Source of the DNA: Dimorphilus gyrociliatus
Lineage: Eukaryota; Animalia; Annelida
Direction of reading: 5' to 3'
DNA: 64,000 nt
Assembly: GCA_904063045.1 (NCBI GenBank)
Contig: CAJFCJ010000006.1
Coordinates: 4,914,408-4,978,407, forward strand
Shown: positions 59,710-64,000 of the stretch, in pieces
Layout: each line of letters starts with the position of its first letter
Position numbering within the stretch: the stretch's first letter is position 1
Made by a program: the position numbers and the translations under genes
The notes under the pieces: generated by a model
Databases searched by the model: none
What the model was told of the DNA's origin: nothing
The model's input: the letters and a program-made list of their open reading frames with translations, nothing else

Positions 59710-62700
59710 ATGGTTGACGCAATAAGAAATTTTTCTACTTGGGAAAATCATTCGAATTTTGATGCTAGCAAAAAAAGTTGGTATGCAAATTGGGGAAAAT
59801 CAAATGGAGTATCTACTGGTGGAATGGGAAAAGTTTTACACGGTCAGCCACCATCTCGTCGCAGTTTTGAAGATAAAAATCGCTCAAGGCCAAACTACAA
59901 TAACGAGGTGCGTTCTAAGACTTTCAAATTAATTGATAAGCGGTTTAAAATTATGTAATCGTTTCTTTTTAGGCCCAGGATATTGAGCCCGCTTTTAAAG
60001 TAAAGCCATCCTATATACCAAAACAAATTATGCATCGACCATTTACTGGGAAGTGTTGCTCATGCTTGCCTGTCAGTCGAGTTAGTATTTCTAATCTAAA
60101 TTCTTTTTCTATATTTCCTTAATATTTTATTGCTGTGGATTAACTATAAGTAACTCAAAAAAAAATCATGGCTGTTTTGTTTTTGTTATTTTTGAAAAGA
60201 AGAGATATGATTGTTAAACAATCAGAAATAAGCGAACTTGTTGTATTCAAAACATCTCTAATCGTAAATGGTTATTTACTAGGATTTATCATGTTACATT
60301 TATATTCTTTGTAAAGTATCTGTGATTTCAGCCTGTATATCAAATTAAGTAGGCCAAATCAAAAAAACTTAAGGTGGTGTGATACGGTTTTGTACGAGAT
60401 ATAGGCTGGTATCCTACTGACTTCCGAGTACTTTGGATGTACTTGGAGTTTTAAAAAGTTCTTAAAATTTATCAGAGATTGTTGTTTACCAGTATCAGGT
60501 TGTTAATCGATGAACCTTGGATAAAGTATATAAATATATACTTTTAAAATTAATATATCCTATTTCCGACCTTTTAACTCAAATCGGATGATTACTGTGA
60601 GATAGTCGATTGCGCGGCTCGATAAAATTTTAGCGATAACCGGTCATTGTTAAAGAAAAAAAAACTAGGAGAACGCCAGTCTATATTCGTCGCGCAGAGT
60701 TGCAGACGATTTAACGATTTTTTCTACGTGGTACGAGTAGAGCATCTGGTCTGATAAATGACTGTTCTTTATGCTGTTTAGTCGATGTTTCGTAAAAATC
60801 ATAAGAAAAAAGGCTTTAACCTAGTAAATAAAGGATAAAATGGACTGGCAGGACGTAAATTTTACTACTATAGTACCAATAGTCGTAATAGCTGGCAGTG
60901 TACTCGTTATATTTGATGTTTTACACGATGTCTTGCATGCAGCTTGGAGACCATTTGGAGATAAATTGGCCGGTATTATTTTCAATACGCCTAAGGTGCT
61001 TTTTCTTAAATCTTCAAATGAAAATTTGGCCATCATTTTTATTCAATTTTTATTATTTATTCATTAATAATTTTAATGATGTAATATTATTATTTTATTT
61101 TAGTCTGCTTTCCTTACCGAAGAGATGGAAAAGAAGCAGTTATTTAATTTAATCGATGTTTCTACAACACAAAACAAAAGCATGTTGACTCGGAAATTTT
61201 CTTATTTGGCTTTTGCACTACAAAAGAAAATGCCCTTTACCTATCCAGATGTATCACACGAAGTGCTGTCAAGTTCTCGGTAACTAAACTCTTATTAGTT
61301 ATATAATTGATTATTCCATTATTCTTTTTTCAATATTACTTCATGACATACTTTCTTGAATACATACAATGCTTATATATTTAATATATATCAATATATA
61401 TCAATATATATATATATATATATATATTTATTCAACAGCGTCCTTGATGCCATCAAAGAATCAGCTTTAAGAGATTGTCCAGATAATGATAACGACTTAG
61501 AAGATTCACAATTAGAAGAACAAATCAGAAAGCATACAAGAAGAGCAAGAAAAATTATAGATGGAATGCAAGCGCGGATTTCAAATGCAATGCTAAGGTA
61601 TTAAGAGCTATTACTTAGCTACATGATATAATCATTTTTTTTTTAAGTATTAAAAAAAATTATATTTTATTTTATCTACATCACGTAGGCTCGCCGGATG
61701 GTTTCTTCATCATTTTTTTAACAAATTGGTATCATCGGTCACAGTTCACCAAGGTCAAGTTGATATGCTTCTTGAGGCAGCAAAGGTTGGTTCATTATCA
61801 ATGCTTTATATGATTAAAGAAAGAAATATCTTGTCTTTTCGATAGCAAGGAAAACCTATCATTCTACTTCCAACACACAAGAGTCACGTGGACTACTTAT
61901 TAGGTAAAGAGAACTAATATAAATTTTTGTATTAATGGAAACCTTAATGAACATTCCGAAAAATCCTTGAAAACAGTTTCATGGCTACTATTCAAGTACG
62001 GTATTAAAGCACCGCACGTAGCAGCTGGCGATAATTTATCAATACCCTTTTTTGGTTGGCTCTTGAACGGTCTTGGCGGTTTCTATATACGGCGGAAACT
62101 TGACCCAAAAAACGGAGTGAAAGATATAGTTTATCGATCAGTCTTACACGTTGTAAGTTGAGGATTATTTTAAGGATTTCATTATGATTTTAATAGCATA
62201 AAAAAGTTTAACTCTATTGCTGTTTCTAAAATTTTAGTACATACAAGAACTTTTGAGACGAAATGAAAATTTTGAAATCTTCTTCGAAGGAGGAAGATCC
62301 CGAAGTGGAAAGATTTGTTACCCAAAAGCGGGATTATTATCTGTCATTTTGGATTCTTTCCATGAAGGTTGAAACTTATTCGAATTATTCATTTCATGGT
62401 GAATTAATATTGCTTTCAATATAATATCCAACAGGCGTATTTGCTGATGCTTTGATCGTTCCGGTATCGATAAATTATGACAAGATTTTGGATGGTAACT
62501 TCAATAGAGAGCAAATGGTAATTGTTTTGGTTTGAAATTGTGAATTGGGCTGTAATGAAATTTTTTTTGTAGGGTAAAAGAAAAATAAGCGAGTCCTTCT
62601 TTATAGCTGTGAAATCGATAATCTCTGTGTTTTGCATGCGATATGGAAATATTCGTCTAGACATAAGTCAACCGTTTTCGCTCAAGGTAATGATAAAGAT

Positions 62701-64000
62701 ACTTATGTATGAACAATAAGTAAACTGTTTTTCTGAATGACAGGAGTTCGACGCTAATGCGCCTCGTAATTTAAGACGACGAGACGACAGTAGCGTTAGT
62801 TTAAACAGTTCCTACAATAGATGCTCATCTCCCGCCGAATCGCCTGTCAGCGACTCTTCCTCGCCTGTATTTGAACGATCTCTTTCCTTTAAGAATCGGC
62901 ATCGACAGAGCTCTGCTTCTCTTTATGGAACCGATATGGTAGTTCAAGAGCAGCAGGATCGTAACGAGGTACTAGCCCTTGCCGAGCACGTCACTTACTG
63001 TTAGTATGAATTTCCTTTTCTTATTTCCTTATTAACTAAAAACAACTTGTCTTTGAAATAAAAAATAGCTACCGTGGTTAGTCAATCCGCAATGAGTACA
63101 CAATTAGTGGCGTTTCTTCTTCTAGTCAAGTTTAGAAATGGAGTGTACTTTTCTGAACTTTGTCGAGTGTTTGAAAAGTTAAAGCTTGAAGTGAACAAAA
63201 GAGGAAGAGATGTAGGTTTTTCGGGGGAAACTAAAGACGTTGTATTATTTGCTTGTCGCCTATTGGGAGAAGAGCTTATGCAAGTGTCTAACAGTATCAA
63301 CAAGTAAGTTAATGAATTAAATATTAAAAAATTTAAAAAACAAACTTTTTCCATAATAGTAACGATATTAAAAATGTTGGAGATGCTGACTTTTTCATTA
63401 AACCAATTACAACTCTGCCAACTGTTTTTGAGTTGACCTATTACTCCAATCCCATTACATACATTTTTGCCCTGGAAAGTATTTTAGCTACAGTCATCTG
63501 GTCAAAAATACCTGCTGAGAAAAAGAATTCCGATGACGAATTGAATTTTGAATTGTCTGAAGATTCAATTATCGAAGAGGCGACTGATTTATGCAATTTG
63601 CTCAAATACGACTTCATTTTATGCCCCGTAAGATTCTCAATAGTTGTGTTTATTTATTTTTAAATAGCATTTGCACATTTGATATAACTCGTTTAGTTTA
63701 TAAATTTATATTTGTTTTTTTTTCTTTAGGCTATATTATTAAATTATTTTAATTTTTCAACTTTTAGGCATGTAAAGATGTTAGAGAGATGGTCGAATCA
63801 GCAGTGCAATCGTTTATCGAAAAGGGATTATTGCATACAATTGAAGAAGCGAAAAGTCAAAATCAAGATAAATTGTGGATGAATCGAGTAGCTAATGATT
63901 TGGGATTTGAAAGTTCAGGATCAGATGGCGACGATGTCGATTTCAAATGCAGGAAATACAAGGTATGTTTTAATAACAGATTTTATGCTAATTTTGCCTT
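59710..64000 (+). CDS. GPAM: Glycerol-3-phosphate acyltransferase 1, mitochondrial type; runs off the window end
   Basis: RPFTGKCCSC, LPTHKSHVDYLL (HxxxxD), IAAGDNL-type APHVAAGDNL, GGFYIRR, IFFEGGRSRSGK, and DALIVPVSINYDKILDG. Confidence 0.95.
60840..60995 (+). CDS. Putative alternative first coding exon of GPAT1 (52 codons, hydrophobic anchor)
   Basis: ATG at 60840, open for 52 codons to AAG|GTGCTT (phase 0), compatible with the phase-0 acceptor at 61103/61104 that is also used by canonical exon 2. Confidence 0.7.

Overview
Gene-dense, AT-rich (roughly 30% GC by eye) animal genomic DNA with mostly 50-100 nt GT-AG introns and very short intergenic spacers. This style plus the gene content (IFT43, NICN1, LRRC63, long-form intersectin) suggests a miniaturised ciliated invertebrate genome such as the annelid Dimorphilus gyrociliatus; that species call is inference only. 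About 24 protein-coding genes can be reconstructed by hand, in order: CAB39/MO25, SERP1/RAMP4, KMT5A/SET8, a divergent PACSIN-like F-BAR gene, an SLC16 transporter, IFT43, NSD, PGLS, an orphan 138-aa ORF, intersectin, SMIM8, MFSD13A, a Reeler+10xEGF secreted protein, LRRC63, a ZIP transporter, DHRS12, two LDAH paralogs, an atypical DUSP, OSTC, two DEG/ENaC channels, NICN1, LCMT1 and a 3'-truncated GPAT1. No rRNA, tRNA, CRISPR array or intact transposon was seen. The most striking unexplained structure is inside intersectin: a tandem battery of eight symmetric phase-1 mini-exons (45, 57 and six consecutive 60-nt exons) encoding acidic Phe-rich adaptor-binding-like peptides, potentially a combinatorial splicing module. 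Other candidates are a donor-less splice acceptor between the tandem LDAH genes (operon/trans-splicing signature), a hidden alternative first exon giving GPAT1 a membrane anchor, a 12-nt IFT43 microexon, and two DEG/ENaC subunits with non-canonical pore and gating motifs. All exon structures were read manually without transcript data.
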